Below are positions 48,955 through 60,366 of a DNA stretch of 64,000 nt, piece after piece. How positions within the stretch are numbered: position 1 is the stretch's first letter; each line of letters begins with the position of its first letter. Made by a program: the position numbers and the translations under genes. The stretch comes from Rhizodiscina lignyota (lineage: Eukaryota). The notes below the pieces were generated by a model, which had not been told where the DNA came from, made no database searches, and saw only the letters and a list, made by a program, of their open reading frames with translations. The DNA lies in assembly GCA_010015805.1 (NCBI GenBank), contig ML978127.1, forward strand, positions 1,302,001 through 1,366,000, written 5' to 3'.

Positions 48955-50688
48955 ATGTTCAAGTCTGCGCTTCTTTCCACTGTTTTTAACACTCTGTTCG
49001 CAGTTTGCGAGATAATCCCACTCGTTGTTCAGACCACTCCTCCTGCATCCGCTTCCACCATCGTTCCATTAGACTTCTTATCCTACTCGATTGAGTTCTC
49101 GTTCTGGGGAGACTATGCAGGATTCAACGCGACAAATGAATTCACAAACAACCTGATTGGAAACCTGAAGACGGAGACAGGCCAAGATCTCATAATCAGA
49201 GTCGGTGGCGCAACTCAGTCGGTATTATCTAATTATAATATATGCATGCATTGCTAATGCGGAGTTCAGAGACCGTACGACATACATCGCCAGCCAAAAG
49301 CAGCCCATCATCAACAACTGGGACTACACCTACAATCTCGACCAACCTAAGAACTCTACTATCGGACCATCCTTCTGGCGCTCATTCAATCGTCTCTCTA
49401 GCACAAAATATATCTTTGGACTCAACTTTTTCAAGAATGACTCGACGTTTATGCAGAACCTGTACGGCGAGGTCTCCGAGTCGCGCAAGAACATCCCGAC
49501 AGAGAAGCTGTACCTATTCGAACTGGGCAATGAGAACGACGTCGGCACGGGCAATGGATTCCGGCCCGCAAACTGGACGCAGAAAGATTACGTGAATGAA
49601 TGGGTTTACCGCACTGAGCATCTCCAATCGAAAAATAATGATAAGTTGCGGTTTTATGCGCCAAGTTTCGCAGGCTTGGGGAACGATGTCTTTTCGCCCA
49701 TTACAGTGTGGAACTCGACGTATGACTATGACCAAGACGGATGGATCGCGGAGGTCTCGCAGCATGGGTACGTCGTCTCTTGATACGTTATGGGTTCGCT
49801 TGCTGATATGCATTTCGTTTCATACAGGTATGTCACATTCGCAACAAGGAACCCGACTCTTGCAAGTGAGTGTAAAATCATGGCATGCTAATGCTGTTCA
49901 CTAAATTCTCCATAAGGCGACATCATGAACCACACAACGACAAGCAGATTTGTTGCTCCATTCGTAAACCTGAACAACTTCCACACATCACACGGCCGAA
50001 TATTCACCATCGGAGAGACGAATAGTGTCGCCGGCCAGGGCGCATTCAACGTGTCTGATGTTTTCGGGTCTGCTTTATGGGGTATCGACTTCAGCCTGCT
50101 TTCTGCTGCCAACGTTAGTTCATGCCTCATAGGCTTTGCGATAAGGGATGCTGACGGCCGTAGAATATCACCCGCCTCCACTTCCACCAGGGAACGGCAT
50201 ATCGCTATGCTTCCTGGCAGCCGGTAACAGTTAATGGTACAGCTCCATTGACGAAGCCCCCATACTACGGCAACATATTCGTTGCCCGATTCATAGGCAG
50301 CTCAAACAACACGCAGATAATGAATTACCCGCTCGACGGAGAGTCCAACGTAGCGTATGCCGCATATGATGGCGGCAAACTGGCACGGATGGCCTTCCTG
50401 AACATGGATATATACAATCTGACTGCATCGGCCGGGGCTCCGAAACCATCGAATACATTCGTTTTCAACGCACCTTCGTGGGCGACGAGTGCAGAGGTGA
50501 CGAAGTTGACCGCTCCAGAAGCGACGTCGAATACTACGATTACGTTCGGAGGATACTCGTACGATTATAATCTCGCCAAAGGGAGGCCGGTTAAGGTCTC
50601 AAATGGGACGTCCATGATTATGCCTAATAATGGAGTTTTCAGCGTCGAGGTTGCGGCGAGCGAGGCTGTTATTGTGGCATTACAGTGA
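48955..50688 (+). CDS. Secreted glycoside hydrolase family 79 (beta-glucuronidase-like)
   Basis: Signal peptide, F.SYSIE, IRVGGATQD, FELGNE (acid/base), IGETNS (nucleophile), VSDVFGSALW.IDF.L, HFHQG..YRY..WQP, PPYYG. Introns 49218-49269, 49768-49827, 49866-49916 and about 50115-50163. Confidence 0.92.
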
Positions 50689-50883
50689 AAATGTCAATTC
50701 GAGGCTCAGCAAGCAAACATTGCCTTTATTCGATATGGAATCTTCTTGAGTAATTCTAAGAGACTATTACAAGTCTTCATCTGATAGCATAAGCAATAAA
50801 GTGAAAAGAAAAGTTAGAAGTACACTATCGTCCTCAACTCAACACGCTATTCAACTGATTAACTCCTCAAGTCTCATTCAGAT

Positions 50884-53160
50884 TTAGTTCTTCTGCGTGA
50901 ACAGGGTCAAATAGCCCTCCTTCAACACCTTAAGCGCATCAAAGCCGCCCTCAAACACTTGCTGCGCAGAACCCTGTCCTTCACCAACCGCAGCTTCAGC
51001 CAAGCCCTGAAGTCCCATCATCGTGGCAGAATTGCCTGCACTCGAGAGCACGAAATTGCTGATTGTACGCTCCCAGCTGTCTTCCCTTCCGGATCGCGAT
51101 AGAATTTGATCCAAGATACTCGCTTCGGCAGCGATCCCTTCGACGCCATTCTGCACTGCAGACTCGGCGAGGGTGACACCTGCCAGGGCGGCGAAATGGT
51201 GGAAGAACGGAGATGGCTGAACTATTTCATTGGGTAGGATGTTGAGCACTTTGCCTGCATGCTCAACCAACGAAGCCTGGGGGACGTACTCCTGAAGTCG
51301 CAGGACGAGCGATTCGACATGCCAGAAAGCAGCGTGAAGAACCGGATAGTTGGCGATGTAAGACTGCATATCTTCTCGCATACGGTCGATTTGCGCCTGA
51401 CAGAGCGTGGCAGCCATGTTTTTCATCTGCTGTAATGGGCTAGGATCGAGAAGGTCTGTGTTGAGTGATGGCGGAAAGTCAGGGATAATGTCTGCAAGGT
51501 GAGCCAGAACGAAAGAGAGGCCTGTAATACGGATTAGACGAAATCAAATTGAGTGGCAGTATTGACTTACGCGCTAATTGGTAGCATTGCTGCCCAAGCA
51601 TACCAGCACTCAGGTCCTCAGGCAGAAGCGTGAGACCACGGGCGGAAATCATCTGGGGAGAAGCATTGCCAATCGCGTACCACTTGTCGAGTATGAAAAT
51701 GGCCACGTATAGCCTGCGAGCTAGCTTGCTCTCAGAGTCTCCCATGCCTTCAGTTAGCTTCTGCGGGTTCGGGCGCAGGTTGATTCTGATATCCGTCGCA
51801 AGAATGTTCGCTCTGGACAGCCAAGATCTGCTTGAGGGCATGGCTGCTCCATGAGCTGGCACCGGACCGAGAGCATCGGTCGTCAGTGCGAGGAGAATGA
51901 GCGTCTCGATCATGACCAGATTCTTGGCAGTGGAAGTCGTAAGGTCAAACTCCGCTGTATGGAACATGGTAGCTGCCTCCTGGATCTGAGAAGCATCAAC
52001 GGGGCCCTTGCCTGGTGACGTCGCACGAACGAAGCAGCTCATAGCCTTCGAGAATGCTGAGCGGACTATATCAGGGACTTGCCCCATGAGCGCTCGAAGG
52101 AAAGCCTGATCAGCTGGGAGAATAGGGAGCGTCGCTTGGATGATTTGATGGCATCTACCCGAGATTAGTATGCGCTGAGATCAAGAACATCAAATAGCTT
52201 ACTCTTTCAAAACATTCTCATCCAGCTCTTGCGTAGTAGCGGATTGCAGAGCTGACAGATCTGGGCCAGACACGCTCATTGGAGGCGCGCTGTGCCAGAA
52301 TGAGCTGGTGTCGCCATTTCCGGTATAGTCAAGACGACCATCGCTTGGTGCGCCAGACTGGGCTTGATGCATGCCATCGATGGGACCGCCAGGAGAGTAC
52401 ATGGAAAGATCAGCGGGCTCCGGTTTACCAATCCTATGTGCAGCTTGTGGCACATATTCCCGTATTGCGCTTTCAACGTTCTGCAGGCGCTCGTCGAGTT
52501 TGCTGATATATCTGCACATTGTTAGCAATGTTTAATAGTCTAAAGACTTCTTGGAGGCTAATAAGCGAATGTCATTTACCCTTTGCTTGGTCCTCTCTTC
52601 TGAGGAACTCTGCTGAACTGGCACTGTAGACCAGACTTCCTACAGGCGAGGCACGCCTCGATGCCAAGCTCCTGCCCCTCTTCGGACTCACACTTCACCT
52701 ACGATAGATTTAGAGTCCCGAAAAAATGATACATGGGATGGCAAGCAGTTAAGCTCAGTACCTTCTTGCGCCGACACTCATCACAGGCTCGCGTGTTCTT
52801 CTGCCGCTTATCCTCCTTCGTCTTCTGCCGTTTACGCTTGCGCGTGCCGCCCTCTGACTCGCTACCATCATCGTCATCATCATCAAACTCTGCTCGACCA
52901 TCAAGATGGCCCATGGCATCCTGCGCCATCTGCTGATGAGGATCAGGGCCGTGCATGGCCTGACCCATGGGCTGGGGTATCATCACGTTCTCAGCATGGT
53001 GCATGTCGTTGTTGAGCTGGCGCGAGAGCTCCTCGCTCAACTGCACCATGGCCGGCACGTCTGAAGATTGCGACACGGCATTTTGGCCGTAGAATGGCAC
53101 TCCAGAGGCAACTTGGGCGGAGTTGGGCGAGGGATAGGATCCCGGCCGCTGGTTGCTCAT
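50884..53160 (-). CDS. Zn(II)2Cys6 transcription factor, Rgt1-like glucose-responsive regulator
   Basis: RACDECRRKK|VKC...C.AC......CQFSRVPQKRGPSKG|YI resembles the Rgt1 DNA-binding region. Four introns. Orthology is inferred from this motif only. Confidence 0.85.
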
Positions 53161-55611
53161 CGCGCCGTTTCGTTCAGCTAATCGTATGAAGATGTTTGAG
53201 ATGCTCAAAGACGTGTGAATGAACTTGGTCGAAGGGATGAAAAGAAAGGACGATGCGCGTTGATGGAGATATCAACGCGACGACTGTTGCGGTTGACAGA
53301 AGACGGACAGAGAGGAATGGCGACGGGCGCGATGTTTTTCTAGGTGCACGTGTTCTACCTACCTCTATTCGCGCTAGCGCGAGTTGGGATTGCTGCTTTC
53401 ACTTCACAACAGTGCATTTTGACAAAGGCTCGCAACTCCATCAAAGTCGACGAGTATATACTGGCATATGCACGCATGGTAGTTGGGAGAGGTGGAGTTT
53501 GCCTATCCACCCGGAAAATCAGTAGGCGCGAGAGCTCTTGAAGCGCTACGGAGACTCGATTTTCCCAAGGCCGAACGGCCTGGAGTCACAATTCGCCGTC
53601 GTTTCCCTTTCATGGGTGAAGGAAAAGGCACGCTTTTCCGTCTTACAACCAATAATAACACGGCATGAATTTGTTGAACTTCGTGTCTGAAACGTTCTGT
53701 TACTCTGCGAACCCGTGGCGACCTCCAGGTATCATCAGAACGGCAGCTCGAGTGTTGAGGCAAGATTAACCTAGGTTGAACTACAATATGGAGTTTCGCA
53801 TCCACCGAAAATATTGGTCCTTCAGTCTATCTGCGAATGTCTTCCGGTACGCCAATGCTGTTCAGAAACCAATTTTCCAACTTCTCATGCCTCTGTCCAA
53901 TCTTCGTCCTGCGATGCGTTGTGTCACCAAGGAGCAGTATCTTCATAAATTCGCAGTACAGTAGAGCCGTCCCACGCATGTACATCTGCCATTCAGCGCG
54001 AGAAAAGGTAATAATCCATATCTGCATGAGTCTGCAGTGTCCCGTTCGGAGCCAAGTCAATCATCTTCTCTGGGATTCTCCCGCATATTCGAAGCATGCC
54101 GAGTACCTTATCCACGTCGGAAGGTTTGTTTGCTATCACGGATTTCTACTTCAAGCTCACCGGAAGTCGATGGAGTACAGTCGGAATAGACTTCATATGA
54201 GGTTTCATGTTATGATCATCGGACGAGGCAATCATACAGGCAGTGCGCACAGTATAAGCGATGTCGTTCTTGTTGGCTTCGTCCCAGGAAGGACGAGGTG
54301 CACAAACGGCACGCGGGGAACTGTGCCTAGAATCTGGTGTTCGCAGGACACAGCAAACGAGGTAGAGGCTGGAATCTGGTGTCGCCCATACTTTGCTTCC
54401 AAAAGCCATCAATTACGCATTCCCAGACTCGATCAGCGCTACGAGGACACGCAAGCACACTGTCCTGGTGGTAAAGCGGTCCAGGGTCGCAGTATTGGTG
54501 CAAGAATGACAGGGGCACGAGCTGATCTAATGATGCAGGGCGATGGCTAAGCTCATCGCCGCCCGGCGGATCATCGTCTAACGCGCAAGGGTATCGGGGG
54601 GGTAGTGCCCGTCAGAGCGCCACTGGCAATTGCTCGATTCTCGAGGCGTTCCGCATCTCCAGGCCTGTGTACATACATGAGTGTGGTGCCTGGGCTGGTG
54701 CACGCATAGAATTGCACTTCTGTCAGGTCCGCACGAGGTGAGGAAGGCACAGCAGGCCGTTGGTGACAGCTGGGCGCCCCGGTCGCCCGGTGAGCGAGCG
54801 GTGGTTCGCGATGCGATGCGACGGGCGGCGGTCGAGGAGAGTGGGATGCTGTACGATTGTGACGAGCTCACCGAACAGCGCAAACGCGCGCCCTAGTCGC
54901 ACGCGGAGCTTTGTCGATGCAACTGAAGATGGGGGCATGCTCGCACTCCACACGCATTCCCCGCAGATCAAGAAGTGAGGCCGGGCTTGAAATAGAGCTC
55001 ATGACCCAGCGTGCGGCGGATAAAGAGAAAAAATCGGAGAGGCCTGGCGCTGACTTGCCTGGTTGGTCTCTTCACCGTGCTTCGCCTGACCATTCCTCTT
55101 GCAGGCTAGGGAGCAGTGCCCCCATCGTCACCCGCGCTTCAGTAGTAAAAGCCTGCGGACTCGCACCCACGCCGCCCTCTCTTGCCTCTTTCTTCCCTCC
55201 TACCACTCTGTAATTCCTGACGAAGGGAACAACACCACTGCAATCGCTGACAGGGCCAGCGCCGTTGCTGGTGCACACGCTTCCTACGGCCAGCGCCTTT
55301 TGGTGCGTGGTTTGTACGGTTTTGTCTCTTCTACTTGCTTCGGCTTTTCGTCTCGTCTGGTACCGTCGGCGCTCTGCTGCACACTTCAACCCGCCTCACC
55401 ACCACAACCAATTCTTAATCTTGCACCAACCACCCAATCCGAAGCTATGATCGTGGATCTTTAAGACCCGCGCCCCTCATATTTCTCCCTGCCTTCGTGG
55501 CATAGGCCGCCGAATCGATTCAATTCGACCACCTCTACCGCAACCAACGCACGCACTCACCCAAGACTAAGCGGCCGGCGCGCCCCCATCTACCCCATCA
55601 ATTGAACAGAC

Positions 55612-57328
55612 ATGGTGCTGAAGGACGGAAACAAGTACGCATGTGAATCATGCATTCGTGGCCATCGCGTCAGTGGATGCAATCACACTGGTATGCTCTC
55701 GGCCGGATGGTGGATGCAATTGCGGGTACTGACATGGACTTATTCTTAGATCGGGAACTGCACTTCATCGCCCCCAAGGGTCGTCCTGTCAAGCAATGCG
55801 ACCATTGTCGTGGAGCTCGTAAATCTAAATCTCATCATGCGAAATGTGACTGTGGAGGAAGGAAGGAGAGGGGAGAAGTCAAACGTGAGCAATTCGTAAC
55901 CTTCACAGCCCTGCGTTGTGTCTAATAAGAGCAGCAGTTGACGACAAGAATTGTTGCTGCACGCTTGGAGATAACTGCATCTGTGGCCTGAAGAATGCGT
56001 CTGAGTTGCGCGTTGACACCGCACTTGCCAACCCGCCTCACCCCAGGCCTGGTCTGGTCAAAGGAACTTCGGAGAGCCACATCGAGACATACTATAATGA
56101 GCAACACAAGGCTTGCCATAAGCCCAAACACTATAGTCAGATGCATGGAGTACCTTATCCATGCCCCAGGACGAACACCGGAAGTGGCGCATCGAACACC
56201 CCCAGCAGTGCTGATTGTCAAGGTCAAATTCGCAGGATGGAGATCCCGCACCGCGGCTCCAAGGATGATTCAGCTCTGCTGTCTCCATCGTCTGGACTCT
56301 ACTCCTCGTCAAGTCAAGCTCAACTGTCGGTTGACAACTTGCCACTTTCCTCTTTCTCTGGTGGCTCGCTTTTCAACTCCCAGACTTACCAGCAGTACTC
56401 GACGTCAACCCCTATCGAAGGTCAAGATCAACTACCATTCTCACCAAACGACTCTTGCTCGGAACAATTCTTGAACGAGTTGATGTCTGCGAATTCAACC
56501 ACAAGCCCCGCCGAAGAGTTGCTTTCGCAGCTTCAAACCACTCCTGACTTGTACCAAAGCCAAGAGGAAGTCTTTGGCGGCGATCATCCTAGCTTCTCTC
56601 CGGCTGATCTACCATTGACGTCGAGCACGTTCTCGACCAACTTCCCTCAGCCGACATCTTTTAGCGAGGAGTCCAACGCTCAGAGCGCCCCTGGTCTAAC
56701 TGCCGCTTCATCTACGACTCATTCTGAACTTGGGGACGCACACACCTTGATCGATGGCATGCCCAATCCTTTCGATGCAAACAACGTGTTTCCCGCTAGT
56801 TTTGACCTTCAGAATATGGCCAGCTTCACCGGGGGCAGTCCGACGACGGTGCAAAAGCCAGTGCAGCCTCCAACCTCTGAACCGGCTGAGAACTCACGTC
56901 GCTCCCTCGACATCGAGACCATGCGCAGCCTCTCAAGCTTCCCGGCCTTTGATGATACCCTCGAATCGTATCTGAGCAACACTGCTATCGTCAACTCCGC
57001 GGCTAGCGATGCGAATAGTTTTGTTGGCAGCTTCCCTGGCACTTCGGGCCTTGCTTTCGACACGCAGCAGCCAACCTCTACCCCTACATCGAACCCTGGC
57101 ACCTTCAAACCTTCACCTACGACTGTTAACTTTGATTCCGGTATGACATCCACCGCCGTGAACGACCGTCCTCGATCCATGCCAATCCCTATCGCCGGTG
57201 CTTACAACCCCAACACCACGATCAACAACCTCTACCCGCAGCTCGACCAAGACTTCTCCGCTGCCGCAGCTTGGGACCCATCTGCTCTCGACATAGGTAG
57301 CAGCAGCTTCCAATTTCCGCTGCAATAA
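55612..57328 (+). CDS. Copper-fist DNA-binding transcription factor (Ace1/Haa1/AceA type)
   Basis: KYACESCIRGHRVSGCNHT|DREL.....KGRPVKQCDHCR..RK.KS.H.KCDC, then CCC..G..CIC. Introns 55691-55749 and 55885-55934/55937. Confidence 0.92.
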
Positions 57329-58314
57329 CATTAGTGGTTCCGGCCCTCCTTCTCTGATCCAAACTTTCTCTGGGAGGGCTGGAACGCCAATGCGAGAGAA
57401 ACCGATTCACGCGTGTTTCAAAAATGATTGATTTGAGCTAGGAATGGGACAGCAAGCAAGATACCCATGATACCACAGACGTTCATTTGTGCAAAGATCG
57501 TTACTGCGTTTTCTGGTTTTGGGAGCGGGTGCCTAACGATGCGATGAATTTTCCATAAGACAAAATTGCAGGAACATCATTAGGGGGAGGTTTTTTTCAA
57601 GGTCTTTTTTTGGTTTGTTTTGTTTCTGGTGTGGTGTTGAAGCACTTGTCTTCGCTTCGTTGATATGCATTGTTTCTGCAGAAGTTAAGCATTCTCGGGC
57701 TCTTTCCTTCGTATCCTTACCATTCGTGCTAGGGTGCCTTGGAGGAGAGGTACGCTCTTTTAAAAGGCGGTGAAAATTTTCAGCGATTTTGCGCACATTG
57801 TCCATAGACACAGCAGACTGCGTTATGGAGATTTTTGAATTGCCACTGTCAATATTCATACTTCAATGTTATAGACTCCGTTTCTACAAGCAATATTTTC
57901 CAAGCCAAAATTTGCACAGTGCGGGCACCAGCTTTGGAGCCTCAACACGAAGTGGCAAATATAGCGCTTCATCCATCCCTAAATTCCCCACGGCCCCAGA
58001 ATTGCAAGATGTCGAATTCCGGAAGACCCATAAAATGCCTCTGTAGAGTCCAGGCACGCGACTCAGATCCCCACGCCAAGCGGTATGGCATCTGCGATCA
58101 AGAATGACGATAAATGATAAATGCCGCATACATTGGATCCTCGCCCTTGTAGATCTCCGCACTCTCCTCGGAACAGCATCCGATATGACCTTTCCCTTCC
58201 CTGCTTACTCATTCGTCATTGCTTCCCATTTTTTGCTGTCGAGCTGCTCATCTGGGTTTGACGCCCGATTGGCGGTCAAGAGCAGAAGCTCGAAGGATTT
58301 GTTTTCGGGATCCC

Positions 58315-59952
58315 TTACCGTTCCAGCCCGATACGCTTCCAACAGCCTTCCACATCTTCGCAGAGCGTCTTGAAATTTTCGTCCTCGAGGACTTGCGCGA
58401 TTAAAGACTCGAGTGTTTCTGCGCGGAGATCATAAGGCTGCGCAGCGTACAAGGCGAGATTCTCCTTGCAATCTGAGCTGGATTCTGATGCTTGTAAGAG
58501 CTCAGTCAATTTCGCCACGGGCGTTGGACGTTCTTGCCAACTTTCCGCCAGTGTCAATGAACTTGAGCGTTGCGGGACATCAGTGAGGACATGGTCAGAA
58601 GCTAAAGATGAGCTCGATGCTGTCACGGGACGTTTGGATTCAGCCTTGCCTTTCCCAGCTGCAGGGCGCTTCTTCGACACATGTTGCATCTTTGCTTTGT
58701 TAGTGTCTTGTAGTGGAATCTGGGCCGACATGTCATGCAGCCACGAGCGCTCGGATTTGTCGCCGACAAGCTTTGGCTTCGGCAGTGGAGGGAGATCAAG
58801 CGAGGAGCTTGATGGCCTCGTGGTTTTGTTCGATCCAGGCCTCGAGAACGGCAGCTCACGCGGCGGAGGAATCATGTCCGCGAAAGGATCATCCAGCGAG
58901 TACATCGGTGCCGTTGCAGGTCTCTGAGCTGAGGGATTTCTTGCTGGAGATGATGTTGGAAAGAAAGAGTCGGGTTTGATTTGATCCGTAGCTGGATCAG
59001 ACACTAGATAAGGAGCATGGCCGATACTGAGCTGCTGCCCATGAGTGGCCACATTCCCAGCAGATGACGGTCTCCGGATTTGTGAGCCACGAGGAGAGGT
59101 CAGTGATCGTTGCAGTAATACTTGGTGCTGCACATGTTGAGGAAGCTCAGGGACTGCAAATGAATTGCTAGGAGTGCCGGCACTACCAGTCGGATTGTTT
59201 AAACCGTATGCAGAGACAGAACTCGGCTCCCGGCTTTCCAAATGAGTCACAGCAGATGCATAAGAAGAGACTGGCCGGATTGAGTCGTCCAACTTAGGTT
59301 CTGAGGATGCGTAGCGCAACGCCTCAGTAAATCCAGTGGATGTTGAGGGACGGGAGTCCACAGAAGATGCAGTACCCTCGCTTGGAGGAGCGGATGCAAT
59401 CAATGGGCACCCGATTCGCTCGAAATAGCTTAATGCGGTGTCGAAGTCATTGATAGAAGCAAACTTCAACTGGATCCGTCTAACGCTGTTTCCATCGGCA
59501 GCAGTGTATCTAAGGGCGATTGTACAGGCAACTCGTCGATGCAGGGCTGATGTTGGAAGCTGTTCGCTGCGAAGCTGCACGTTCCATTTCTTGGAGTCTG
59601 CAATCGCCTGTTTTGACTGTTGAACTCTGTCCACTATGTCGACATGTTCCTAGCACATACCATTATCGTCAGTGTCAACAGGGCGACGCATCGGAAACTT
59701 CTGGTCGAGTTAGCGTCGTCTTACCAGGATATTGTGTCCTTGGACGACCTTCATCATCAATGGTTCTGCAGCATTCGGAGACAGGTAGGTTGCACTAGAG
59801 CGGAATGAATCAAACATGATTGAAAGATCCTCATATGCATGCTTCCACGAAAACTTGGCTGCGCCTTGAGAATCTGTTGCAAAAGAGAATTTTAAGAGAG
59901 GAAGGGAGAAGTCTGCTGAACGTGGGTGCAACGCGTTAGATTGAGGAAACAT
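58315..59952 (-). CDS. Probable meiotic double-strand-break factor Rec114/Rec7 homolog
   Basis: Intron 59650-59724. N-terminal PH-like region (LPLLKFS, W.H, ALRY, VRRIQLKF....DF), disordered middle, and C-terminal LI...LEDENFKTLCEDVE..W helix resembling the Rec114 C-terminal signature. Confidence 0.65.
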
Positions 59953-60366
59953 TTTTTGGCTGGATATGCTGTGCCATTAGCTGTGTCATTAGCTGTGAAT
60001 TTTTATATCCTGAGGCAGCACATTTGACCTCGCCATCGGGATTGACTCCACTGAACTGATGAAGTTGGAGTTGGAAGGAGAATAGACGAAAATGACAGGG
60101 TTAGGGTTTGACCCGGTCTGCGCTAAGGTCACGTTGGGACTAGCGGCATTCTAGCTGAAAGATGCGCGAACATCGCGACTTTCGCGCCTCGCAAGTGAAC
60201 CGCAAGAATCGCGCCCGCAAGTTTGCGCACTACGACTCCATCAACACGCTCTTGTGCTTGGCGTATCCTGGCCCTCGTACCTCATGCCGGATTGCTCATC
60301 GAAGGCCAATCTTCGCGCTTCGCTTCCTGCGGCTAATAGTCTACTTCGCGGACACCTTCCTTAAAA

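Noticed and set aside
53837..54550. 237-aa + strand ORF between the two transcription factors
   Set aside because: No recognisable domain and a random-looking composition.
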